The notes under the pieces were generated by a model. The model was given only the letters and a program-made list of their open reading frames with translations. It had not been told where the DNA came from and ran no database searches. Positions 12,406 to 23,599 of a stretch of 64,000 nucleotides of DNA are shown piece after piece (position 1 is the stretch's first letter; each line of letters opens with the position of its first letter). The stretch comes from Lophium mytilinum (lineage: Eukaryota): assembly GCA_010093605.1 (NCBI GenBank), contig MU004185.1, positions 2,191,334 through 2,255,333 of the forward strand, written 5' to 3'. The position numbers and the translations under genes are program-made.

Positions 12406-13326
12406 TCAGCCCAACAGCGGAGCCCTCTCATCCTCGCCCCACCCCTTCCTCTCCCTCCTCAACTCCGCTCTAACATAAGCTACTGTCCAAACAGCCACCA
12501 GCCCCGCGCACAAAAAGGGACCTGCCCACCCAACCGCATAAACTGCCGCCTTCGGCAACACAAACACTAGCACCGTAAACAGCGCCGCAAAGACATAAAA
12601 CCACAGCATCCACACAACACTCAGGTCCCAGATCATCCCGCGAAACACCGGGCTGCTCTCATACCGCGCACTGAACGCTTTGCGATACTCCAACCCGCCA
12701 CCGCCGTCGACTGCCACAACGTCTTCGACGATGTAGAAGATGGCTGGCCGGACCACATTCCCAGCGTCCAGACTGCCGAAGCGGAAAGGCAGCTTCCATG
12801 CGAGGCGGTTGAGCGCTAATGATAGTAAAGTGAGAGTAGCGACAAGACACATGAGCACCGCAGCCGGCAACGAGAGCAACCGGATCTGCAACTCATGGGC
12901 GTCGTCATCCCTATCTGCGCGCGCCAGGGTGGAAGAAATGAGGGCGGAGATAGAAATCAGAGCTAGAAAGTAGCCCCATTGGAAGATATCGAGAGCGTGG
13001 CGGGGAGAGTTGAGGGGACGATATTCTGGCGACGCGCGGATTAGTTTCCATACGCGCTCAACAATGGCGATGACTGTGAAGATCCCGAGGACGGCTGTTG
13101 GGAGTGTCAAGACTGGTTTACATCAGCTTATTAGCACACCAAATCTTTGAATGGCTGTCTGATTGCAGAAGAGCGTACCGAGCAGGCGATCCAGTTCTGG
13201 CTTGCCATACCAGAGACCGTAGAATAGGCCTAGGTTTATGAAGATGGGAGGGATGGTGATGATGGTCCAGGCGGTTGCGATTGATGCATACCGGCTGTGT
13301 AGACTGTATGGGAGCTCGACAACCAT
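12406..13326 (-). CDS. Uncharacterised multi-pass membrane protein
   Basis: ORFs 13123..13326 and 12406..13110 are joinable through a GT-AG intron at about 13113-13177. Several hydrophobic helices; motif YIVEDVVAVDGGGG; C-terminal ERAPLL dileucine-like motif. Confidence 0.65.
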
Positions 13327-13913
13327 TTCTGGATTGTGTTCAGAGCCGCAAATTACAGATGAATTGAATTTACTTTTTGGACAAAGAGGATGTACTGACG
13401 AAGCGGGAACGCCGGGTAACGTATTTTGCTTACAAACAGCAAATACGGCGCTAACTTAGCAGGGGAATTTTACTAGCGGGTTAGCGCTTTGCTACAAGGG
13501 TAAAATAAGCGGTATGTACTGTACAGTACTTTGTTGCAACCTCACCCGTCGGCCTCTGCTTTATTCCAAGCACTTAGCTCAGCTTCGAGCGCAGCATGTT
13601 GTTAGCAGGCAGCGCTTGTTTAGCACATGCTATTGGTGATAGGTGTTTCAAGTTTCAGCCCTTCGCGTGCACTGGCTAGTACTCTGCATCCAAGCCTTGA
13701 CAGACTGTGCCGCACTGCGCCTTTTTCATTGCCTTTGGCCTATAATCGCCTGCTTCCTTTTCCATGCGTCCAATCTTCTTCTTTTCCTTTTTTCTTCCCA
13801 TGTCTTCCATTTCTGTCCTCTCGAATTGATGTATTTCTTCTATTTGCCTTCAATTTCCTCGCACGCACGTCTCCAATCCTCTCTCCGTCGCATCACCCGG
13901 ACAGTGCTCAACG

Positions 13914-15388
13914 ATGGGAATATCACCGTCTGCTACGCTTGTCTTTGAGGCTCTAAGGCTCTTGCTTTTTATCTATTCAACGAGTGCCATCATTGTGAGG
14001 CTACCCGTCCATCGCGATGCTATTGTTTACACGCTACCGTGTTTCCCGGTCGCCAAAGAGCAATCTAGACGGCACACCTCCAAGGTCTGTACCTCATATT
14101 TGGCTATTAGAAAAGGAATCCCTCCGACTTTGACGATCCACAATAGGGGACATTTGATACACCGAGGTTACTCGCGAATGATCAGGCTCAAAAGGTACTG
14201 CATGGTGCGCCTAATTCATATTCGGCCGCCGCAGGGCCCCTGCATGAATGTGATGTAGTTTACCATCTGCTATTCACGAGCAATGTGACCCTTGGAACAC
14301 CTCCTCAACCCTTCATCGCTCGCGTCGATATCAACTGGGCGGACATGTTTGTGCCATCTGCACCTTGCATGCGGGATCCCGACAGAGATTGTGCCCCTTT
14401 CCACAAACTTAATTCAAATCAGTCCTCAACTTACATCGCTACTACAACGTTTTCGGCCATTGACTACGAGGGCCTGGGAACCTCGGGCCATCTCGCCCAG
14501 GACACGCTCAGCATTGGCAATATCAGTATTACGAATCAAACATTCGAAGCAGCTGATGATTGGAGATCTATGTACGGACACGGCTGGGCACCACTTGACA
14601 GCGGACTTGGTCTGACCCGCTTTCGAGCTCCTAGGCGGCACCCGGAATCTGGGTACGGAAACTGGCCGCTACGAAACATGATTGATCAAGGTTTGCTCGA
14701 CCGCAATGTCTTCTCGCTGCGTCTCCCACGAACCGGCAACGATGTTGGAGAATTGATACTCGGGGGAGTTGACGATAAACAGCCAAAGCCTATCATTAAG
14801 CTCCCGCTGACGAACAAAACTTTCATCTCGGAGGAGCAAACCACGCTCTCATTTCTCGCTTCATCGGGATGGCAAGCAGATATCTCCGGCATGTCGCTCC
14901 AATGTGACGGACAATCTGACCACCTATTCGATGTCGACCTCCAGGGTGTTATAGCGGTCTTCTCCAACTCTTTTGACTTCATCTCCTTCCCGTTCGACAT
15001 TGCCAGAGCCATCCTAGACACTTTGGGTATCGAGGACGAAGCACTCCCCGATCCACCTTGCGAACGTCTCTCGGACCTTCCCAATCTTACTTTCGCGTTC
15101 GGAGAGCAAGGAGAAATCACGCTAGCTCCACGACAGTACACGATCAGGGTACAAAGCCCATATGGAGGGGAGCGATGTATTATCCCGTTTACTAGCTGGG
15201 CTCACAACGACGTGCCTGATGAGGTGGAGGGAGACTACGTGGTGCTTGGGACCGCGTTCTTGAATCATTTGTTGACCGTCTTCGATATGGACGGGGAGAC
15301 TATCTCGTGTAGGTTCCGCGTTTGGGGGCTCGTTAGGCGTTGCTAATATGGGATAGTCTCTATCCGAGATGATCGGTTGGCTCAATAG
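13914..15388 (+). CDS. Pepsin-family (A1) aspartic protease-like protein, probably catalytically inactive
   Basis: Hydrophobic N-terminus; TLGTPPQPF, SSTY, DTLSIG, LDRNVFSL, GELILGGVD, VLGTAFL...VFD. The two DTG motifs appear as DINW and SNS. Last intron starts about 15308 (GTAGGT); stop at 15388. The 5' exon structure is uncertain. Confidence 0.8.
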
Positions 15389-15821
15389 CTCATCTCCAGG
15401 CTACTATAGTTCAACTTGACAGGCCCATCGGGCCGGGACTGATGTACTTAACGAGCAAGTTGCGGGTTCTGCCGTTCAAGTACTATCGCAGGGTGCTGGG
15501 GACATCCGAGAAGCTGGATTTGGCGGAACGACTGGCCTTGCCAACTCGGCTGGTTTTGAAGGGGCGGTTGCCGCGGTAGTAGTAGCGGAGGAGCAGCGGG
15601 GATGGAGATGGCGGCAGCCGCCGAAGACTACTAGGACGGTCAATTCAGAGATTGCTGGAGAGAGCTTGATAGCTGCTAAAAGAGTAGCCGGGTTCGTAGT
15701 TCGGGGGAGGATGCCCTCCACCAGCATTGCCGCCGCTGAACAAAACTTAGACTTCTCAGAGTATGATAAACGCGAGGAAGAAAGATAGGGTGTGGCATCA
15801 ATAGTCCCCTAGATATATCAT

Positions 15822-18155
15822 CTATGTGACTTCTGTCACTGCCTGCGCCTCCAAGTCTAGAACAGGCAGCGCTCCGCTCATGTAATATTCGCCGCCGGAC
15901 TGCTGCCCAGCATTCGCCTGTGCAGGAGAATCGGACCCGCTATCAGAGTCATCCCCGAACGCGTCCGCAGCCGCTGGCAAAGCGCCGCCATTCGTAAGAA
16001 ACCCGACGTCCGGTTGCTGAAAGGCATGGCTGATAGCCTGAGCAAGAGTATTCGGCAAAGGTTGCAGCTCAATCCCATCTGCATCCTCGTTGATCCTCTG
16101 GCGGCGTCTGAGATCCTGTCTCCGCTTCTAGATGGACTGTAAATACGAGAAGCGGAATGGAGGATGCGGGTGTACTTACAGCTTCTTGTTGCACAAGTTG
16201 CCAGAATATCGTAACCAAGCTAGCGAGTCCGATAGTGAAAGCCATGTATTGGCCTGTTGAGCTTATTGATGTGACACCTTGGACTCTATTCCACTTGAGG
16301 ATCAATTCGATAGCTGATATAGACAGCACATAGGACAAAATTCCGAATATAGCGCAACGGATGCGGTACTTTCTTTGATGTGTCAGCATCGGCTCTTCCA
16401 CCTAATCTTGACGAGAGTACCATACCTTCGATTCTTGACATCGATCGGGGTCAGCAAGTAGATCCCACCTCTATGACTCGGCGGTAGGCCCAATTTTTCC
16501 CTGAGCCAGCGGTACGGTAGTCTTAACGCGCGGTAGAGTCTCTGAATTCTCAGAGAGACTCGTACGCCGAGTGGCAGATTGGGTCCTGCATTCTGCGGAT
16601 TGGGATCCGAGCCATTCGATCCGAAGAAGAACAATTGATAGGGGGCGGAAGTTTGAATGGAGTGCTTGATTTCAGACGCAAGAAGGAACGTCACAAAAGG
16701 AAAGAAAACTAAGAATGTGAAGGCCCAGGGAGCGATTAGGTAGCTCAAGGAGTCTCTGAGGTGCCAGAAGCTTTTGCTGGGGTCAAGCATTGCCACCAAG
16801 AAAAAATGATATGTGCCGCAAGGCATACGCGAGAAAGCCAGATCGTAGGCGTACCAATTATACCATATGCCATGGTACGCCATGATCATGTGCGATGTAT
16901 ACGAAACCGCTGTAATCCAATCCAGCCGTACCCATTTTATCTCTGAGCCGAGTTTTATCGAGCTTGGTGAAGAGGCGAACACGCACACAAAGCCTCCCCA
17001 ATACATCCAATAGAGAAGTTCAATCTCGATGCCAAAGATGCAGGTTTTCGTGATGCTTGAGACAACAGTCGCCGTGCAAATCGCGAGAGAAAATACTAGA
17101 CACACTTTCTGGAGCTCTTGTCGTTTTTCCGACAGAAAGTTGTTGGCGAGCAGTGATGCAATCCATTGGAGGTATAGGCCAGCGCGCGTCCCTAACCCAT
17201 ACAGATCACTGTTACCCTCAAACCCCCGATCACAAAGAGTTGGATTTGTTTGGATCCTGTGGAATGACTCTATGCTGAAGTTGGATGGCGCTAGATCGTG
17301 ATGGCCGAGGGAAACCAGAAAGAACTGAGTGTTGTAGAATAGTGATGCTTGTTGTGACCTTACGCGAAGACTGCATCCTCGGAATGACTGCACCGACTCT
17401 GTTGTTCTCCATCCTGTAAAGCTCCCCTCTTGATTAGCTAGGAAGAGAACAGATAAACAGACGAAGAATAGACTGGTGAAGCCAGCGAGTAAAATGAATA
17501 AAACTGTGGGTTCCTGTAGCAGTTGATTTCTTCGCAGAGTGACCACAACCCACATCAGGGAAAGAAACCACATGACAGAGATTCCAGTTGGCACGCAAAC
17601 TACTAGATAAATAAGAACTTCAAAAAAGTTTGCTTCAACATGGGAAAATGCAAGAGCGAAGATCCAACTAAACAATGTACAGACAAAAAAGACGCCGATG
17701 AAATATATCCAAATACGGGGCAGTACTGGTCTGAAGCCAGAACCACCCCAAATCCAGGCAGTATAGTTTTCGGCAGTAGCTGGTGACTGGGCCGTGTTTG
17801 TATCCTCGTTCCCTCGTAAAGGCGAATCCGGTTCCAGATCCGAGGCTTGTTCGTCCTCGGAGCTCATATGTGCCGCTTCACCACTGGTCTGATATGGAGT
17901 CGATGGTGCGTGGGTGTCGTCAGTGGAGGCACGATCCTCTTCATTCGGATCCGAAAGAGCGATCCTTTCGCATGCCAAACGTTGTTGTGCGTTGGTGTGG
18001 GTTACCACCGATAGCCGAGCGCCAATGGTACGCCATGAGGATGCGTGGATGCTAGTCGCGAGGTGTATGTCGTTCTCGGCATCGATGCCTTGTGACGATG
18101 GCGCCTGAGTCTGATGGCTGCTTCGGCTTGCCTCGCCTGCTGTTTGAGATGTCAT
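15822..18155 (-). CDS. Uncharacterised fungal multi-pass membrane protein
   Basis: Three exons (introns about 16373-16425 and 16129-16180). Acidic disordered N-terminus, many transmembrane helices, motifs NSDLYGLGTRAGLYLQW and IELILKWNRVQGV..ISSTGQ. Confidence 0.65.
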
Positions 18156-19526
18156 GAAATGGGATGTTCGCCGAAGAAGCAGGATAGCAAATCTAATTAA
18201 AACCGCAGAGAGGATCTAAATAAATCGAGGTTGGTGGAAAACAAACTTAGGAAAGGCTGACGGAGCAGTGCAGGGCAATCTAGGATTTTATGGCAGAAAG
18301 CGACGAGGCTGTATATCTTTTGCGCAGCCGCCAGTGGTTAGGCAGTCTTCCGACTCTGTACAACTCTGCATGTATGATTGAGCCAATAAGAAGCGCAGCA
18401 GGAGACTGCAAGTAACGAGGCTGAGACATGCTGTTATCTGGGCGGCGCAGCGTTTTTTGCTTTTGAACGCTAACCACCTGGTGTCCAGAAGCTAGGAGGC
18501 GCTCAGCTGCACAAAGAGTCCGTATTGAACAGCCTGCGTTTGTCCCGGTGTCTGTTATACGCACTATAACGAGACGGGTTATTGGATTGTAGACGGGATG
18601 GTGGGTGAGCCAAAGGCGAGCATCCTGACCTGTGGCGGTGTGACCCGATCCCAGCTTCTTTTTGTGCCCTAACCCACAATGAACACTACTAATTCAACAG
18701 CCAATTCAGTCCACCCTAGGGCAAACAATATCGAAAAGGCCTAGCTTTCCGAAACCTGCAAAACCGTATTCCAAATACCGTTTTGATACTTTCTTCTAAG
18801 TGATGGATGCACTTCAAAGTCAGTAGAGTAATGCGCTTAAGCTGAACTTGAACTGAGCATAATTTGTCCACAGAATATGGCGCTAACGTAATTTTTGGAA
18901 ATAGTGCAGGTAACCTCATATCGTCCCGATACCTTCCTTGCTAGCACAAAATAGTCAAAAGGACAACGAACCCCGGGGAGTCGAATTGGGTGCAGGAGAT
19001 TCTGAGGCAGATGGGGACAATCGAGTACAGTATGTTGTATCACGTGAGTCACTCCACTGCACCAACTGATTCGCTGATACTTATAATTGAAGGTTCAAGG
19101 AACATCTCAATGTATGTGTAAGTTCCTTGGACGCCGTCATCACCAGGGTCCATTCTGGTAAATTTCTGGCGATTTACGTTCCACGTCTCAAGGTTGACCA
19201 CCGGGAAAATTGGGTACTTCAGCACAGCTATAAAACTTTTGATGATATTCAAAGGTCTCAGAAGCTTAGACTAGAGAGAATTAATTGGCTTAATGCATGC
19301 TGCTTCAGCACATCATCATACTTCAAGAAGAGATGGAAAGGTACCATTCTGAAGCTTGTGTCCTAGTACTGTACCTATAACACACAAAACCAAATCCAAG
19401 CTCGAACTCCTATCTTACACCCTACCTATGGTATCTATGCATAGTTCCCGATCCCATCACTTTTATAGTCCCAACCCCCCTCATAACATCGTAAACCCAT
19501 TCAAAAGATACACCACCTTTCCCAAC

Positions 19527-20816
19527 TTACAGCGGCTTCCGGCCATACACGACCGTCCTATCAAAAAGTTAGCAGCCCACCCCCAAAAAAAACCTCTCGC
19601 ATTACAACCCACCCCGGAAGATACGCATGCGTCTTCTCATCCTTAATCGCCGCCCGCATCTGCGCCAAAAACACCTGCGCCCTCGCCACACTCCACCCCC
19701 CCGCCTGCGTCAGCAACCTCAGCATAAACCCCTCAACCCCATTATGCAGCCGATACTGATTCCACAACCCAATCCGCTTCAGCCTCTCATCCCGACTCCA
19801 CCCATTCATCGGCCACTTATACCTCACCTCCACCACATCCACAAACCCCGCGCGCTCCAACCGCTCCTTCGCCTCGCTCCAAATCTCGAAACTCTTCCCA
19901 AACCGCTGCCCCATCTCAATCACCGTATTGCCCCACAGCGTGAAGAAATGGTTCTCGTCGACCGTGTCGTCGTCGGAAACCGGCTGCACCGAGTGCTCGA
20001 CGACCTCGATCCAGCCGCCGGGCTTCAGCGCGCGGTGGGCTTGCGCGAAGAAGGCGTCCCAGTCCGGCACGCTGCCGAAGAGCTCGCGGATGTGGACGAA
20101 GTCGAGCACGGAGGCGCCGTAGAGCCAGGGCTGGGTGAAGTCGTCGACTTCGAAGACGCAGTTGGGGGGCACCCATTCGGGCTGGATGGGGGAGAGGTCG
20201 GAGCCGGTGATGGCGGCGTTGGGGTATTGCTCGGCGATGTCGATGGCCCAGATGCCGGTGCCGGTGCCGACGTCGAGGATGCGCTGGCGGGGGTTAGAGG
20301 AGGGGTTGGGGAGGGGAGGGGGCTGGGCGTACTTTGGGGTCGTGGAGAGGCGCGAGGTGGAGCGCGTTGTTGAGGGTTAGGAGGTACATGTGGTGGGCCA
20401 TGTCGAGGATGTCTTGGGCTTTTTCGTCGTTGGGGCCCTGGGGTGATTCGTTAGGTTTGGTTTTATTGCTATTGAGGCTGGAGAGTCTCTGGGTATCGAC
20501 TTACCCAGTATGCACCCTCACGATATGCGTGATAGCTTCTGCCATTCTCAATGCGGTACGCCCGGATGGACGAGTTCAGCGTGAAAGTGTCGTCCTCAAG
20601 CGAGGGGCCATCGTCAAAGGCAGAGTCATTATCATCGAACGGCGCCGCATCGTCAAAATCGTCTTCGGCTTGGTCGTCGTGGGTTGTGGTTTCGGTCTCA
20701 GCATCCGGCTGGGGTTGAGGTTCAGCGATCGACCAATCAGAGGCGATCTGCACACCACTGTCGCCGCTCGTGGACGTTCTGTGGGCATCGGACGCGGGGA
20801 CATCGCTGGGCACCAT
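19527..20816 (-). CDS. LaeA-like SAM-dependent methyltransferase
   Basis: Multi-exon gene: YRIENGRSYHAYREGAYW|GPNDE, RILDVGTGTGIWAID, DLSPIQPEWVPPNCVFEVDD, LKPGGWIE, AGFVDV, ending VYGRKPL*. Confidence 0.88.
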
Positions 20817-21526
20817 GGCGAGGTGGGAAAGGCGGCAGCAGCAGCATACGAGGAGGATGAGCGAGAGATACAGGACAAAGACGGCGGTGGTGACAGCGGG
20901 CGGGACGGACGCTTCTCACGGGCTCCGTTCCAAAGTGCTCGCGGCTGCTGGGACTGGCCCGCCAAACAGAAAGATTGTTTAGGTGTCTGGGGAGCGAGCC
21001 GGCGCCGAATACCAGGCGAGGCCGGGAGCCCTGGAGCCGTCACCTTCTTCTCGCCCGTACTGTGGTAGCAAACACTTAACGCACAGCGGGAGCTCGCTGC
21101 TTTGAGAGGGCGACATAATCCGGAGATGTGGTTGCGCCATGGTCAGGCTAGCAAGAGCACACCCTCCGAGGAGCCCCTCATGCCTCAGGCCCCACCACCA
21201 TGCGAACGGCGATCGTTTGGCAGTGACGGTTGGCAGCCGGCATGCATACGCGCCGACCTGGCCCATCCCGACTGTGAGATAGCGGCGGCGCACGACCCCC
21301 ACATGGTCGACACCCGCCTGAGATGGCGCAACCCACCGCGCGCAAACTTGCCCTGCCGAGCAGGTGGAGAGACCGCCAGGGCCGTTTGCCGTGAAGGCCG
21401 GGTGGAGACTTCGTACTTCTCGGGCATCGTCGACGTTCTGAGTGCGACAACGATTCCTTCATCCGCCGCCCAGACACCCAACCTCGACCACCGCCCCATG
21501 CCAGCGAGGTGACGCCTGCTGCTGCC

Positions 21527-22928
21527 ATGGACCGTGCCACCATCAGAGACGCAAGCGGAGGGGCTCCTGGAGGGGCTGCTGGAGGGGCTCCGGAGACGGA
21601 CGCTGTCCTTATCATCGGATCAGGTGCGTCGACGTGCTGATATGCCCTCGCGGTGCGTGCGGTGCGTATGGACCTGCCATGGGCTCATTCTTGCAGGAAG
21701 TACTGGCCTGGCTCTAGCACAGGGCCTGAGAAAGGTATGAGCCAATAGCGCCGGGCCGACCGCTGCTTGGTAACAGTTGTGATAGGCTGGCATCAAGAGC
21801 ATTGTGTTCGAGAAGAACCCCACCCAGCATCGCGAGCGGGACTGGAATATGGGTCTGCACTGGGGAGCGCCCGTGTTGAAGAGTCTGATTCCGCACGAGT
21901 GGTGGGATCGGATTCAGTCTGTGCAGGTTGACCCTCATGTGCCGACGAAAGAGGAGGATACGCTCAATTTCGTCAATGGAGCCACTGGCGAGCGCATGAC
22001 TGGCTTCACCTTCGGGCCATTCTATCGTTTACGACGTAGCAAACTGCGAGCGTTGTTGTTCCAGGACCTGGATATCAGATACGACAAAAGACTAACAGAC
22101 ATCTCGTACGCCGAAGATGGCTCCTCCGTTACCGCCCATTTCGCAGATGGAACCACAACCACCGGAACAATGCTCGTAGGAGCCGACGGCGCTCGCTCAG
22201 CCACTCGAAACCTCCTCCTAGGCCCAACCATCGGTGCCATCAACCGTCTCCCATACGGCGCAACCTTCGTCCAAACCAAGTTCTCCCGAGACCGCGCCCT
22301 CTTCCTCCGCAAGTTCCACCCCCTTTTCCTCGGCGCCGCCCACCCAAGCAACTACTTCGCCTTCTTCGGCATGCAAGACGCCGCCGAAGCAGACCGCCCA
22401 GAGACCTGGACCTTCTTCTTCTACATCTCCTGGCGCTACAGCCTCGCCGAGCAAGACGCCACCGCGGATTGGACCGACGCCCAACGGCTGCAGCAGGTCA
22501 AGGAACTTTCCAAATCCTTCGCCGAGCCCTGGAAGAGCGCGTTCGAGTGGACCCCCGACGACACCCCCGTGTGGTATCTCGGCCTCACGGATTGGGACCC
22601 TGGGCTTGAGGGCCATAGATGGAGCAACCATGGCGGCCGGGTGACGATGGTGGGCGACGCGGTGCATCCGATGACCTACCAGCGCGGGCAGGGCCTCAAC
22701 CACTCCATCACCGACGCAGGGAAGCTCACGGCTGCCATCCAGGCTGTGAGCGGAGAGAAGGACGCTTCGAAACGGGCTGAGACCATCACGGCGTTTGAGG
22801 ATGAGATGATTGCGAGAGCGGGCGAGGAGGTGCGGATGAGTACTACCAATACGGGGATGCTGCATGACTGGGAGAGCGTTATGAAGAGCCCTGTGATGAC
22901 TGCCGGCCTGAAGAAAGGGGGGGAGTGA
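21527..22928 (+). CDS. FAD-dependent monooxygenase (aromatic hydroxylase type)
   Basis: Spliced N-terminus VLIIGSG|STGLALAQGLRK (GxGxxG), LVGADGARS (DG motif), VTMVGDAVHPMTYQRGQGLN (GD motif). Confidence 0.88.
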
Positions 22929-23599
22929 GTAGTGTAGCTCAGTCTGGGCCGTACGGAGCATTACATTCGCGCAGCATAGTCGGTCGTAGCCGCAATTGTA
23001 ACTTACCTACGCTCTGATTTAGAAGTAGTCGAAGTCCTACTGCTTAAAGCCTCTCAATCGCACCTGTACCAATCTGAAGCCATGATGTCTTTACTTTGAA
23101 GAATCCAGAACGTTACATCCTCATCAGGATGATACTCTCCGTCCCGGGAGCATACAGATCATCCTCATCAAGCCATCCTTTCGCTCATGCAGTTCTTCAA
23201 CATTCCAGGTGTATGATCTTCATCACCAGCACTCCAATTCCTTCCGCCCCTCTTCCACCAAACCCACTCTACATCGGCTCATTGATATCTTCCATTTTGC
23301 AACATCTGCAAAAGCTCAACCGCAAGACCCATCGTTAACCTTTCGGGCTTCTTTTAATCCCACCAACCTCCACCCTCCATGGGGGTTTCGTTCGTCTAGT
23401 TTTCCCCCTCTCAGAGCCCTAGAGTCGTCCATGTAAAAAAACAACCCTCGACGCAAGAGAGACGTTTTATACTCGAAGCCCAACCCCAGCCCAGAACCAC
23501 GTGAACTGCCCGTGACAGCTGACTTCGCACGTGCGACACTGTTGCCAGCCAACCAAACCTCCCCAACCGCAATTAAAAAATGACTACGCCGCGTATCCT

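Noticed and set aside
19627..21615. Many long overlapping ORFs around the methyltransferase
   Set aside because: Shadow frames of GC-rich coding and promoter sequence with no recognisable motifs.
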